From NCBI GenBank assembly GCA_965223345.1, contig CBDCWG010000012.1, positions 256,001-320,000 of the forward strand: DNA of 64,000 nt, in the 5' to 3' direction. Below the pieces are notes generated by a model that saw only the letters and a program-made list of their open reading frames with translations, did not search any database and was not told the DNA's origin. Shown here one piece after another: positions 48,158 to 57,784 of the stretch. This DNA is from Nitrospinales bacterium (GTDB lineage: Bacteria > Nitrospinota > Nitrospinia > Nitrospinales > VA-1). Position 1 is the first letter of the stretch; each line of letters begins with the position of its first letter. The position numbers were made by a program, and so were the translations under genes.

Positions 48158-48247
48158 CTCCTGCGCGGAGGGCGTGTGTGCTCACGCCGCGCCGGACTTT
48201 CCGGTTTTAACGCAGCACTTTCTGCATGGCCGTTCTCCTGCGCGGAG
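48158..48247 (+). repeat. Triple-hairpin dispersed repeat, copy 2
   Basis: Aligns to 41417-41505; starts and ends with CTCCTGCGCGGAG. Confidence 0.85.
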
Positions 48248-48322
48248 CTGCGCGCCCCGTTTTGCGATCTTACAAACACGTTTCCTTTTAGTCCGACCTC
48301 CTTCGCAGCGCTTTTTCCCGTC

Positions 48323-48616
48323 ATGGCCGACTGGTCCCTTTATCTCATTCGTCTCGAAAACGATCAGCTCTACACGGGCATCGCGCTCGATGTGGACAAG
48401 CGGTTCTCCGAGCACGTGGCCGGCGGAAAAAAAGGCGCCAAGTTTCTGCGCGGCCGTGGACCGCTGCGGCTGGTTTTTGAGCAGCGCATCGGCAGCCGGT
48501 CCGCAGCCCTGAAAGCGGAAGCCCAGGTGAAAAAATGGCCGAAAGCGCGGAAAGAAAAACTGATTCAAGGGGATGTGCGGCTCACACCGTTGAGCGAACC
48601 CGGCGATTGCGGGTGA
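48323..48616 (+). CDS. GIY-YIG nuclease (YhbQ/UPF0213-like)
   Basis: LYLI...LYTGI...RFSEH..GAKF.RGRGP. Confidence 0.9.
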   Translation: MADWSLYLIRLENDQLYTGIALDVDKRFSEHVAGGKKGAKFLRGRGPLRLVFEQRIGSRSAALKAEAQVKKWPKARKEKLIQGDVRLTPLSEPGDCG

Positions 48617-48775
48617 ATCTTTCCCGGCGGACCGCGCCCGGAGCGCGAAATTTCAACCTTTTTGGGCAAAAAAAACGTTGGTTCCCATGCGCAATGGGGT
48701 TAAGTTAGAAACACACCCCAAAAAAACGTGGAAGGTTCCGTTTGACGGAACTGCCAACGGAAAGGAGAAACAAGA

Positions 48776-49027
48776 ATGATGAAAAAGCAACTTGCAGGAT
48801 TGCTCGGTTCGTTTTTACTGATCGCCGTGCTGACGGGATGTTCCAGCAAAGCAGGCAGTGCGGGTCTCGGTGCGCTGGGCGGCGCCGCTGTTGGCGGAGG
48901 CGCCTATGAATTGCACCTCAAAAGACAGAAGGACCGCATCGACGCCGACCTGAAAGGCGGCAAGATCGATCAGACGGAATACAATATCCGCAAATCCCAG
49001 ATCGAGCGGGATTCGCTGTTGCAGTAA
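48776..49027 (+). CDS. Small lipoprotein with a glycine-zipper-like segment
   Basis: Lipobox LTGC; GLGALGGAAVGGG; AAGGAG RBS. Confidence 0.8.
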   Translation: MMKKQLAGLLGSFLLIAVLTGCSSKAGSAGLGALGGAAVGGGAYELHLKRQKDRIDADLKGGKIDQTEYNIRKSQIERDSLLQ

Positions 49028-49515
49028 AAAAATCGTTGAGAGGATCCCTGTGCGACCGCTCGGCCGCATGAGTGGATCCACCGGTTACGGTTTCCGGCCG
49101 CGGGGCGAACGCCGCCCTGCGGCGCCGTTTCCTTTCTCAACAATTCGCGGCCACGGTTTTTCCATCCAGCCCGAACGGGCATTCTCCCCTCGCCCGCAAT
49201 CCATCTCCCGCCAAGTGGCAAAATCCCGCCCTGTTTGTGATCCATGCAACACTCATCCTGATTTTTTTTCATTGTCCAACGCCGGATTCATCCTTTAAAG
49301 AGGGCGGACCGTCAGACAAGCCGTCGTTTCTCAGTGATTTTGCCGGGCTCTACCTCAATCAGGGTAAATCTCTCGAGCCGTTGCGCAATAAGGGATTTCC
49401 CGCGCAGGAACCGAAAAAAAACATTATAATGTGGATTGAATTTCTCAGGATTCAGGGTACCGGAAAGGAGAGGGAACCGGCTGTCACTCTTCAAAAAACG
49501 ATTGGGATACAAGCG

Positions 49516-49908
49516 ATGCAAAAAATTACCGTGTTATCCATCACCCTGATCATTTGCGCGGCGTTCCTGTTCATGCTGATGCTGCTGGACAACGCCTTTT
49601 CCAACGGGATGACCGCCTTCGCCGGGATCGGCCCGATCGCCGGCCTGCTGGTCATCATCGCGGGCATTCTCTCCTGCTGGCAGTACAGCTACAACCGGCT
49701 GATGCCCGAACGCGATTACCGCCCCTTTCTGGGTGTGATCTTCGGTGTTCTGGTGAGCTATCTCCTCTTCAACAAGATTTCCTTCACGGAAGTGTCGAAG
49801 ATCTTCCAGGTTTCCTTCTCGATTCTGGAATTTTCCCTGCGCCTGTTTCTGCTCACCTCGGTGTACAGCATGTCGCAACGCGTGGGGGAATGGATTCGCG
49901 AACGCTGA
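49516..49908 (+). CDS. Four-TM membrane protein
   Basis: Hydrophobic segments from MQKITV. Confidence 0.65.
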   Translation: MQKITVLSITLIICAAFLFMLMLLDNAFSNGMTAFAGIGPIAGLLVIIAGILSCWQYSYNRLMPERDYRPFLGVIFGVLVSYLLFNKISFTEVSKIFQVSFSILEFSLRLFLLTSVYSMSQRVGEWIRER

Positions 49909-50146
49909 ACCGCCTGTTCCTCCTCCTGAGAACCCCCGCCGGGACGGTTTGCGCCGCCTGAAACGCGCACGGCGGCGACGCCGATTTCGAAAACTCCCTT
50001 AAAATCAAGCAACAAGCCGTTTTTCAGGGCTTTTGACACTGTTACAAAGTTGTAACGCCGGATTGACCCTGCTGTGATGCGGGTTTCCTATACTTTCAGA
50101 GTTTCCGGAATCACTCCGGATCTAATTCTGAAAGGGGTCTCCCGTT

Positions 50147-50881
50147 ATGGTCAGCAATCCGGCGTTACGCGCGTGTTCTTTCTCTCTCATTTTACTGGCA
50201 GCGCTTTGTCTGCCGTTTAAAGCCGAAGCGGCTTTTGAAAATTTCTGGAGCGTGCAGGAAATCCATGAAAAGAGAGCGTTCTATCATGCGGAATTTCCGG
50301 GAACCGCTCCGGTCCTCATGGCCCGGCTGAACGTCGCGCTGGACACCCGGGAGGAGGACCCGATCGACAACCTGCCGCAGGAGGCGCTCGATTTCAAAAA
50401 CCTCGCGGAAAAATACGAGGAAAAAGGCGAGTTCGAAAAAGCCGAAAAGCTGTACCAGCAATCCATGAGAGTGATCATGAAGTCTCTGGGAACCAACCAC
50501 CCGGTTTCGGCGTTCGCCTTGATCAATCTGGCGGACCTCTACATCCAGATGAAGGATTTTCTCAGAGCGGAACCGATGTACCTGCGCTCGCTGATCATCA
50601 TCAACAATTCCATGGGTCCGGATCATTTCTTCGCGGCGCTGGTGCTCAACAACATCGGCGGCATGTACAAAAAGATGAAGGAGTTCAACAAGGCCGAATC
50701 CATGTACCTGCGGTCCCTGGAGATCCACGAAAACTCGCTCGGGCCCAATCACCCCAACGTGGCGGTGCCGCTCAACAACCTGGCGGAGTTGTACCGCCTG
50801 ATGGGCAACGACGAAAAAGCGGAGCCCTATTTCCTGCGCGCCCTGGATATCTACAACGAGTCGAAAAACCACCCCAATTAA
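50147..50881 (+). CDS. Secreted TPR protein (kinesin-light-chain-type 42-aa TPRs)
   Basis: LGxxHPxxAxxLNNLA repeats. Confidence 0.85.
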   Translation: MVSNPALRACSFSLILLAALCLPFKAEAAFENFWSVQEIHEKRAFYHAEFPGTAPVLMARLNVALDTREEDPIDNLPQEALDFKNLAEKYEEKGEFEKAEKLYQQSMRVIMKSLGTNHPVSAFALINLADLYIQMKDFLRAEPMYLRSLIIINNSMGPDHFFAALVLNNIGGMYKKMKEFNKAESMYLRSLEIHENSLGPNHPNVAVPLNNLAELYRLMGNDEKAEPYFLRALDIYNESKNHPN

Positions 50882-51207
50882 AACCCGGTCCGCGCGGTTC
50901 CGGCACGACCGCACGCGCTTCCTCCTCGTCCGCGGTCACTATCGCGGGCGCGAACCCGCCTCGCCCCACCGGCAGATATTATCGGGAAACCAAAGTTTTT
51001 CCAGCTTCGCGTAAAACCCGGAAAGCCCTTTGCCCGCAATTTCCCCGCAAAATAAAACCAGCCTTTTCAACAACCTAGATCACACCTGCGCGGCAAAAAA
51101 ATTCCCGGCGACCGGCTTTTAGGCTGGATTTGATTAAAAAAATATGACAGTATCGAACACCTGAACGAAATTCTTTTTTGAGGAAGAACGACTAGGAGAC
51201 GCGCCTC

Positions 51208-52650
51208 ATGAACAAGAATGGAACTGTTTGCCTGTGGGGTTGGATGTGTGCGGTTTTTCTGCTGTTTACCGCCGCCTGCACCACCATCACCACACCCGCC
51301 ATCAACGATGCCGCCAAAGTCGGCGATTTCAACAAAGTGGACATGCTGATCGCCCAGGGCAACGACGTCAACGCGGAAACCCGGGACGGCAGCACGGCCC
51401 TGCATTCGGCGGCAAATAACGGGTACCAGAAAGTGGCCAAATTGCTGATCGAAAAGGGAGCGCGTGTGAACGCCCGCAACCGCAAGGGCACCACGCCGCT
51501 TTACCTTGCCGCCAAAAACGGCCACACGGCGATGGTGGATCTTCTGATCGAAAGCGATGCCAATGTCAACGCGCAGAACCTGAAACGCAACACGGCCCTG
51601 CACATTGCGGCGCAGAACGGCCAGCTCGATGTGGTCGAGCTGCTGTTAGCGAAGAAAGCCCAGGTGGATCTGCAAAACCGCGACGGGGCGACGCCGCTGC
51701 ATCTGGCTGCCGGCGAAGGGCGCATCCGCATCGCGGACCGGCTGCTGGAGGCGGGCGGCCGGGTGGATTCGAAGGACAAATACCGCAAGCAACCGCTGCA
51801 CTGGGCGGCGGCCGGCGGTCACCTCGATCTGGTGGAGCGGTTTCTGGAAAAAGGCGCCAAGGTGGACGTGGCCGATCAGTTCGGCCTCACCCCGCTCAAC
51901 CTGGCTTCGCTCAACAACCACCGCAAGGTGGCGGAAGTCCTCATCCGGGAAGGGGCGAACGTGAACCCCTCCGGCAGTTCGCCGCTGTTTTCGGCGGCGC
52001 GCAAGGGCCACACCGACGTGGCGCGGCTGTTGATCGAAAAAGGCGCCAAGATCGATGCGCGTGAGGAAGAAGGACCGACGCCGCTGCATTTCGCGGCCGG
52101 CGGCGGATACGTGGACCTGGTGAAGCTGTTTCTGGACAACGGCGCCAATTTCAACGCCAAGGACCTGGTGGAAAACACGCCGCTGCACAGCGCCGCAGCG
52201 GGCGGCCACGCACAGGTGCTGGAGATTCTCATCAAGCAGGGGGCCGACGTCAATTCGCGCGAGAAAGACGGCACCACGCCGCTGCATCTGGCAGCGCGCG
52301 GAGGCCACCGGCTGGCGGTCGAGTCTCTGATCAAGAGCGGTGCGGACATCGACGCCCGCGACAAAAAGAACCTGACGCCCCTGCACTGGGCGGCGCAGCG
52401 GGGTCACTCCGAGGTGGTGAAAATACTGGTGGACAAAGGCGCGAAGCTGGACGCGAAGGACACCACCCAGGACACGCCGCTGCACCTCGCCGCGCAGAAA
52501 GGTCACAAAGCCGCGGCGGAACTGCTGGTGACCGAAGGCGCCGATCTGAAGGCCCTCAACAAGGACGGCAGGACGCCGATCGATCTCGCCGCCAGGATGA
52601 ATCACATCGTGGTTGCGGACATGCTGAAGTGGTACGCCTCGAAGCGCTGA
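51208..52650 (+). CDS. Ankyrin-repeat lipoprotein (about 13 repeats)
   Basis: TPLHxAA..G repeats; TAAC lipobox-like signal. Confidence 0.93.
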   Translation: MNKNGTVCLWGWMCAVFLLFTAACTTITTPAINDAAKVGDFNKVDMLIAQGNDVNAETRDGSTALHSAANNGYQKVAKLLIEKGARVNARNRKGTTPLYLAAKNGHTAMVDLLIESDANVNAQNLKRNTALHIAAQNGQLDVVELLLAKKAQVDLQNRDGATPLHLAAGEGRIRIADRLLEAGGRVDSKDKYRKQPLHWAAAGGHLDLVERFLEKGAKVDVADQFGLTPLNLASLNNHRKVAEVLIREGANVNPSGSSPLFSAARKGHTDVARLLIEKGAKIDAREEEGPTPLHFAAGGGYVDLVKLFLDNGANFNAKDLVENTPLHSAAAGGHAQVLEILIKQGADVNSREKDGTTPLHLAARGGHRLAVESLIKSGADIDARDKKNLTPLHWAAQRGHSEVVKILVDKGAKLDAKDTTQDTPLHLAAQKGHKAAAELLVTEGADLKALNKDGRTPIDLAARMNHIVVADMLKWYASKR

Positions 52651-52693
52651 AGCGCTTCGCTGCGGCCTGAGCGCATCGAAAACCCATTTTTTT

Positions 52694-52730
52694 AAAAGAC
52701 CCCGGCACACGTTTGTGTCCGGGGTTTTTT
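52694..52730. terminator. Bidirectional intrinsic terminator
   Basis: AAAAGACCCCGG-CACAC..TGTGT-CCGGGGTTTTTT between convergent genes. Confidence 0.8.
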
Positions 52731-52733
52731 GTT

Positions 52734-53906
52734 TCAACGCGATGGCCGTGCTTTGAGGACGACGGTCACCTCCTGCGGCCGGCGGTCGCGGACGATCTCA
52801 ACCGCAACGCGGTCCCCGACCCGGCGCTTTTCGACCTGCCGGATCAGATCGTCCATCGATTTCACGTTTTGGCCGTCCACCGACACGATCAAATCCCCGC
52901 CCACGGCGAGACGCAGGTTCCCGTACAAGACCTCGCGTCTGCCCCCACGCAGGCCCGCATCGTACGCGGGGCTTCCCCGCACGACTTCCACGACGAGGAC
53001 CCCGGCGTCGGCCGGCAGATTCAACGCGGCGGCGAGATCGGGGTTTAAGGCCAGCCCGGCGATGCCGAGCCAGGGCCTCTGGTAGCGGCCGGTGCTGATC
53101 AGCTGCGCCGCCACATCGCGGGCCCGGTTCACGGGGATGGCGAAGCCGATTCCCTGATAGCCGCCGGAAACGGAAAAGATGGCGGTGTTGATGCCGATGA
53201 CGCGGCCGTTGGAATCGAGCAAGGGGCCGCCGGAGTTTCCGGGATTGATCGCGGCGTCGGTCTGGATGAGCTCGAACAGACGGCCTCCGGCCTTGTGCTC
53301 CAGCTCGCGGTTGAGCGCGCTGACGATGCCGGTGGTCAGGGTTTGCGACAGGCCGAAGGGGTTGCCGATGGCGATGGCTTTCTGTCCCACGCGCACCGCG
53401 TCGGAATCGCCGAGGACCGCTACGGTGGGGACGAGGGAGGCGGGGATGCGGATCACGGCGAGATCGGAAGCGGGGTCGGTGCCGATCAGCACCGCTTCGC
53501 TTTTGACCCCGTCGCCGAGCGTGACGGTGATTCTCTGCGCGTTGCCCACCACGTGGTCGTTCGTCAGGATGTAGCCCTTTTCATCGATGATGAATCCCGA
53601 GCCCTGCCCGCTCTGCGGCACGACCTGCCGCCAGAAATTGAGCCGCATCGTGGTGGTGGAGATGTTGACCACGGCCTTGTGCACGCGGTCGTACACGTCC
53701 ATGTTGATCTTCTCATCGCTGGAGATCACAGGAGCGGCGCCGGCTGGCAGGGCCTGGATGCGGGTGAAATCCAGCTCGGTCACATCGGGACGCCCGCCCA
53801 GGCGGAGTTGCAACTCGGGCCAGACCTGGTGGAGCAAATAGGCGGCAAGCACGACGGAAAGAATCCACAACCCGCCGCGGAAGGGGCTTGGGGGAGGTCT
53901 GGACAA
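52734..53906 (-). CDS. HtrA/DegP-like trypsin protease with one PDZ domain
   Basis: TNDHVV, DLAVI, QTDAAINPGNSGGPL. Confidence 0.93.
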   Translation of the reverse strand: MSRPPPSPFRGGLWILSVVLAAYLLHQVWPELQLRLGGRPDVTELDFTRIQALPAGAAPVISSDEKINMDVYDRVHKAVVNISTTTMRLNFWRQVVPQSGQGSGFIIDEKGYILTNDHVVGNAQRITVTLGDGVKSEAVLIGTDPASDLAVIRIPASLVPTVAVLGDSDAVRVGQKAIAIGNPFGLSQTLTTGIVSALNRELEHKAGGRLFELIQTDAAINPGNSGGPLLDSNGRVIGINTAIFSVSGGYQGIGFAIPVNRARDVAAQLISTGRYQRPWLGIAGLALNPDLAAALNLPADAGVLVVEVVRGSPAYDAGLRGGRREVLYGNLRLAVGGDLIVSVDGQNVKSMDDLIRQVEKRRVGDRVAVEIVRDRRPQEVTVVLKARPSR

Positions 53907-54097
53907 GAAAACGTTTCCTCAATCAAAAATGAAAAACAAAAACCCGACGCAAAAAATTGTAGCAGAAATCGGGATGGCGCTCACCTTTGATTGATGCCCG
54001 GAACTTGCCGGGCAATACGGGGACAGCGAGGAATCCGGTCCGACCATTCGAACCGCGGACCGGCGGGCCGCGCGGTATCGGAATGGAAGGAGCGGGA

Positions 54098-54436
54098 TCA
54101 GAAGTGCGATTTGCACTCGGCCTCGATCTCGCGGTTGCCGATCAGATCGCATTTTGCTTTTTGGGAATCGATCACAGCCTGGCAAAGGTTCTGCAGGTCG
54201 CGGCTGCGGATCAAAGAACAGTAATACGAACTGTGGTCCTTGTTCTCGAACCGATTCACCCCTTCATTTTTTCCATGGGTGGGATTGCTCATGGCCAGGC
54301 ACAGGTTGCGCCGGTCCGCACTTTTGATTTTGTCGCAATCGGACATCTTGGAAGGCTTGTCCTTGGCGTGGACGGGTTGCACCATGATCACCCCCAGCAC
54401 CAATGCGGCCAGCCACATTTTATGGATACTCCTCAT
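54098..54436 (-). CDS. Small secreted Cys-rich protein (3 x CxxI-x8-C)
   Basis: Signal peptide ending VHA; six Cys; AGGAG RBS. Confidence 0.75.
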   Translation of the reverse strand: MRSIHKMWLAALVLGVIMVQPVHAKDKPSKMSDCDKIKSADRRNLCLAMSNPTHGKNEGVNRFENKDHSSYYCSLIRSRDLQNLCQAVIDSQKAKCDLIGNREIEAECKSHF

Positions 54437-54864
54437 TTCCCACTCCTTTCACCTTGAAGGCACGCGTCTAGAACGGACCTTTTTTCGATCGATAAATTGG
54501 ACCTGAATCCTGAGAATAAACCAAACTTCATAAAAAAAACAACGCCCTCGAAGTAAGCATAATAGTTTCAGATCGTTATTGATAGCCTAAACTGGCAAGG
54601 ATTCTGAATTCCGGTGACCGGACGGGCCGGGACACCCCTTGTGCGCAAGAATCGGTTTTCCAAACCCGGCTGTAGATTTTTTGGGTTTTGCGATTTTCCT
54701 GGTGTAATCTGATTGGATACGGAAAGGGGGCGATCCGCCCACCCGGCCCGTTTTTGTTGAATCCACCGCAGTGTGCGATGCGGTCTTTTCCTGGATTCAA
54801 CCCAAAGGGAGGCGTCACCCGGCGATCTTTGGTTCGCCGCTTTTGCCAGGAAGGAAAGTCCATC

Positions 54865-55356
54865 ATGAAAGCCATTTTTTCACGCCCATTTCTCGCTGCC
54901 GTTCTGACCGCCTCTTTGATGCTGCTGAGCGGTCCCGCCCATGCGGGAACGGAAACCGGCAATCCCGTCGATGAGCCGAAACTCGAAGAACAATTCAATG
55001 AACTGACCGATGAATGGCAGCGGCGTTTCGTGGACGCGCTGCGGCAGCTGCTGGCCAACGAATTGAACCGGCTGAAAGCGAACCGCAACAAACCGGTCGA
55101 ATCGCTGCAAAGCCAGATCACGGACCACGAATCGGTTTTGAAAAAAAATCCGGACAACCCTTCCAGTCATTTCGCTCTGGGTTCTCTGTACAGCGACATG
55201 GGGGACGGCGCCAACGCCATCATCCATATGCGCAAAGCCGAGCGCCTGTTCAAGGAGAAGAACGACGTGAAAGGCGTGGCCGAGTCGCGGCGCAGTTTGC
55301 GGAATTACTATTCCAAGTTCGGATACAAACCTGAGGATTTCAATCTCACCCAGTGA
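54865..55356 (+). CDS. Secreted TPR-like protein
   Basis: Signal peptide ending AHA; NPDNPSSHFALG..AIIHMRKAERLF. Confidence 0.8.
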   Translation: MKAIFSRPFLAAVLTASLMLLSGPAHAGTETGNPVDEPKLEEQFNELTDEWQRRFVDALRQLLANELNRLKANRNKPVESLQSQITDHESVLKKNPDNPSSHFALGSLYSDMGDGANAIIHMRKAERLFKEKNDVKGVAESRRSLRNYYSKFGYKPEDFNLTQ

Positions 55357-55459
55357 AGCGGCGCAAAGAGAGAACCGTTGCTCTTTCTGCGGCAACGCGC
55401 AGCGGATCACCGATTGCGAAAGGGCCGCTGTCACATATCAGGAGGAGGGTCGCCCGATC

Positions 55460-55810
55460 ATGTCATTGGCACTGGCCATTTCCGGTTTGACGCAGCGCGA
55501 AGACGGTGAAAAGGTGTGGACGGTCGAAACGGTGTCCTGGTGGGACGAGCGCGAATTGCTTAAAGATCCCCGCTTCGCGAAGCTGGACCTGGGCCCGGAG
55601 AAGCTGGTGTACGAGGCGATCCTGGAAACGCAGGAGGCCATGCGATTGAACGCAAAATACAAGCAGGAATTTCTCGGCGCTTTCGAAGGGGACGCCCTCG
55701 CTTCGAATTATCAGGAGCGGCGAAAGCAGCAGGTGGAAGAATTGGAAAACAAACTGAACGATCCCCGCACGCCGTTCGTCAGCCTGTGGGTGTTCGAGTG
55801 GGATTACTGA
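55460..55810 (+). CDS. Hypothetical protein
   Basis: AGGAGG RBS; 116 aa; followed by a terminator. Confidence 0.7.
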   Translation: MSLALAISGLTQREDGEKVWTVETVSWWDERELLKDPRFAKLDLGPEKLVYEAILETQEAMRLNAKYKQEFLGAFEGDALASNYQERRKQQVEELENKLNDPRTPFVSLWVFEWDY

Positions 55811-55823
55811 ATTCCGGCACAAT

Positions 55824-55863
55824 AAAAAAACGCCCTTGCCGCCGACGCGGCAGGGGCGTTTTT
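55824..55863. terminator. Bidirectional intrinsic terminator
   Basis: AAAAAAACGCCCTTGCCGC..GCGGCAGGGGCGTTTTT. Confidence 0.85.
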
Positions 55864-55890
55864 GCTTTACAGGCTGGTTGACCGGCGGCG

Positions 55891-57768
55891 CTACACGGAT
55901 TTGCCGTATTTTTTGCGGTGCTCTTTCTTGGCGCCGCCGATCCAGTTGTCGCGTTCGATGCGGCCGGGAAAAAGCTGAATGGCCTCGGCGACACGGGCGA
56001 TGTCTTTCTTGCTGAACTTCGCGATCTGCTGGTAGGTCCGGATCCCCAGCTTGTTGAGGGTCTTTTCCAGCACCGGGCCGATCCCGGAAATTTTCTTGAG
56101 ATCATCTTTGGTTTTGGGCGGATCGAACAGGGTTTTCTTCTTCGCCGCGGGTCTGGTTTTCGCGGGCGCCGGTTTGGGCGCCGCCGCCGCAGCCTTTGCG
56201 GGCTTGGTATTCGACGGCTTCTGAGCGGCGCTTTTCGCTTCCGGGCTCTTGGCCTTGGCTTCCTGGGCCTTTGTTTTCGTTTCCGGAGCGTTTGTTTTCG
56301 CTTCCTGAGTCTTGGCGAGCTTCGCTTCCAGATCCTGGATGCGCTTGAGCATGCGGCTCATTTCGGTGTCTTTTTTCTCAAGCGCGGTGCGGTGCGCGTT
56401 CTGCAACCGGCGGTTTTCGGCATCGGCCCGTTTGAGCCTGTCCTGAATCAATTCCTGACCGGTGTTCTTGCGCTGCAACTTTTTCAATTCCGACTGGTGA
56501 TCGCTCTTGGCGGTTTTCAGCTCTCTTTCGAGGCGGGCGATCGTGACCTCCCGCTCTCCGACAACCCCTTGCAGAGACTCGAACTGGGAGACCCGGCGCT
56601 CCAGTTTCTCGACCTCTTTCTCCCTCTGGCTTTGCGCGGTCTTGATTTCCTTTTCCAGGCGGGTGAGCGTCGCGTCGCGTTTTTTGATCTCTTTTTTCAG
56701 CGCCTCCACTTCCTGCTGCCGGTCTTCGGTGGTTTCTGATTGCTTCGCCCGTTCGGACTCCAGGCTCTGGATGCGCCGCTCATACTCTTCCTGTTCTTTC
56801 TGGCGGGCGGTCTCCAGGCTGGCGATCTGCTCGGCGAGTTGCTGCTGTGTGCCTTCCTGCTCGCGGATGCCTTCCAGGGAGGACTCCAGTTCACGGACGC
56901 TTTTTTTCAAGCTGAAAATCTGTTCGTCTTTTTCCAGTACCACCGACTGCAGGGCCCCTTCCAGGCGGTCGCGGGCGATCTTCTCCTCTTTCAGCTTGCT
57001 CTGCAGAGGCTCCAGCTGGACGACGGTTTCCTTGAGGCTCTTGACCTCATTTTCCTTTTCTTCCATGAAGGTGTTGTATTCCTCCTCCAATTCGGCGAGG
57101 CAGGCTTCTTTTTCCTGGACCGCCGCTTCGAACGGCTCGAGCTCGCGGATGCGCGCCTGAAACGTCTCGATCTGCTTTTTTCGCGACGTGGTCTGCTGGC
57201 GCAACTGGGTCTCCAGATTCTCGAGCGCGTTGTCGCGTTCCTGGATCTGCTGGCGCATCGACTCCAGCTCGCCGACTTTACCTTCCAGCCGGGAAATTTC
57301 ATCTCCCTTTTGCACGATCACCGTCTGCAGTTCGCCCTCCAGCTGCTCGCGCACGGAAGTCAGCTCCTTCAATTTTCCCTGCAACGGCTCCAGGCGCGTG
57401 ATCGCGTCCTTGAGACCGGAGACTTCCATTTCCTTTTCGCCCCGGAAAATGTCGAGCTGGTTTTCCAGGCGGGCGATGGTCGCGCTTTTCTCCTGCAGGG
57501 TCTCGTGGAGGGGTTCCAGTTCCTCGATACGGGTGCGCAGGGTTTTGATCTCCGCGTCCTTCTCCGCCCTGAGATCGCTCAAGAGCCCTTCAAGCAGTTT
57601 GGATTTCTTCTTGGCCAGATCGAGAGAGTCTTCCTTCGCTTCGATATCCTCGCGAAGCTCGTCCTCACGGGCGCCGATGTTGAGCCCGCGGATCATCCAG
57701 GCGAGGGCCGCTCCGATGAGCCCGGCTGCGAACAGGCAAATGAGAATTTCACCCAAAAGATATGTCAT
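55891..57768 (-). CDS. N-terminal TM, long repeat coiled coil and C-terminal helix-hairpin-helix (COG3743-like) protein
   Basis: TM EILICLFAAGLIGAALAW; 42-aa repeats; DDLKKISGIGPVLEKTLNKLGI...RIERDNWIGGA. Confidence 0.85.
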   Translation of the reverse strand: MTYLLGEILICLFAAGLIGAALAWMIRGLNIGAREDELREDIEAKEDSLDLAKKKSKLLEGLLSDLRAEKDAEIKTLRTRIEELEPLHETLQEKSATIARLENQLDIFRGEKEMEVSGLKDAITRLEPLQGKLKELTSVREQLEGELQTVIVQKGDEISRLEGKVGELESMRQQIQERDNALENLETQLRQQTTSRKKQIETFQARIRELEPFEAAVQEKEACLAELEEEYNTFMEEKENEVKSLKETVVQLEPLQSKLKEEKIARDRLEGALQSVVLEKDEQIFSLKKSVRELESSLEGIREQEGTQQQLAEQIASLETARQKEQEEYERRIQSLESERAKQSETTEDRQQEVEALKKEIKKRDATLTRLEKEIKTAQSQREKEVEKLERRVSQFESLQGVVGEREVTIARLERELKTAKSDHQSELKKLQRKNTGQELIQDRLKRADAENRRLQNAHRTALEKKDTEMSRMLKRIQDLEAKLAKTQEAKTNAPETKTKAQEAKAKSPEAKSAAQKPSNTKPAKAAAAAPKPAPAKTRPAAKKKTLFDPPKTKDDLKKISGIGPVLEKTLNKLGIRTYQQIAKFSKKDIARVAEAIQLFPGRIERDNWIGGAKKEHRKKYGKSV

Positions 57769-57784
57769 GGTTCCCCCTCCTTAA

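Noticed and set aside
41417..48247. Repeat copies as a CRISPR array
   Set aside because: Dispersed over kilobases, no regular repeat-spacer units, no cas genes
42536..48300. Possible genomic island at tRNA-Leu
   Set aside because: No integrase, no duplicated tRNA 3' end seen, no obvious compositional shift
48323..48616. GIY-YIG as a homing or defence nuclease
   Set aside because: Stand-alone 97-aa YhbQ-type protein, with no intron or defence context
54593..54608. TGGCAA-containing sites at 54593 and 60359 as sigma54 promoters
   Set aside because: They lack the conserved GC at -12 with correct spacing
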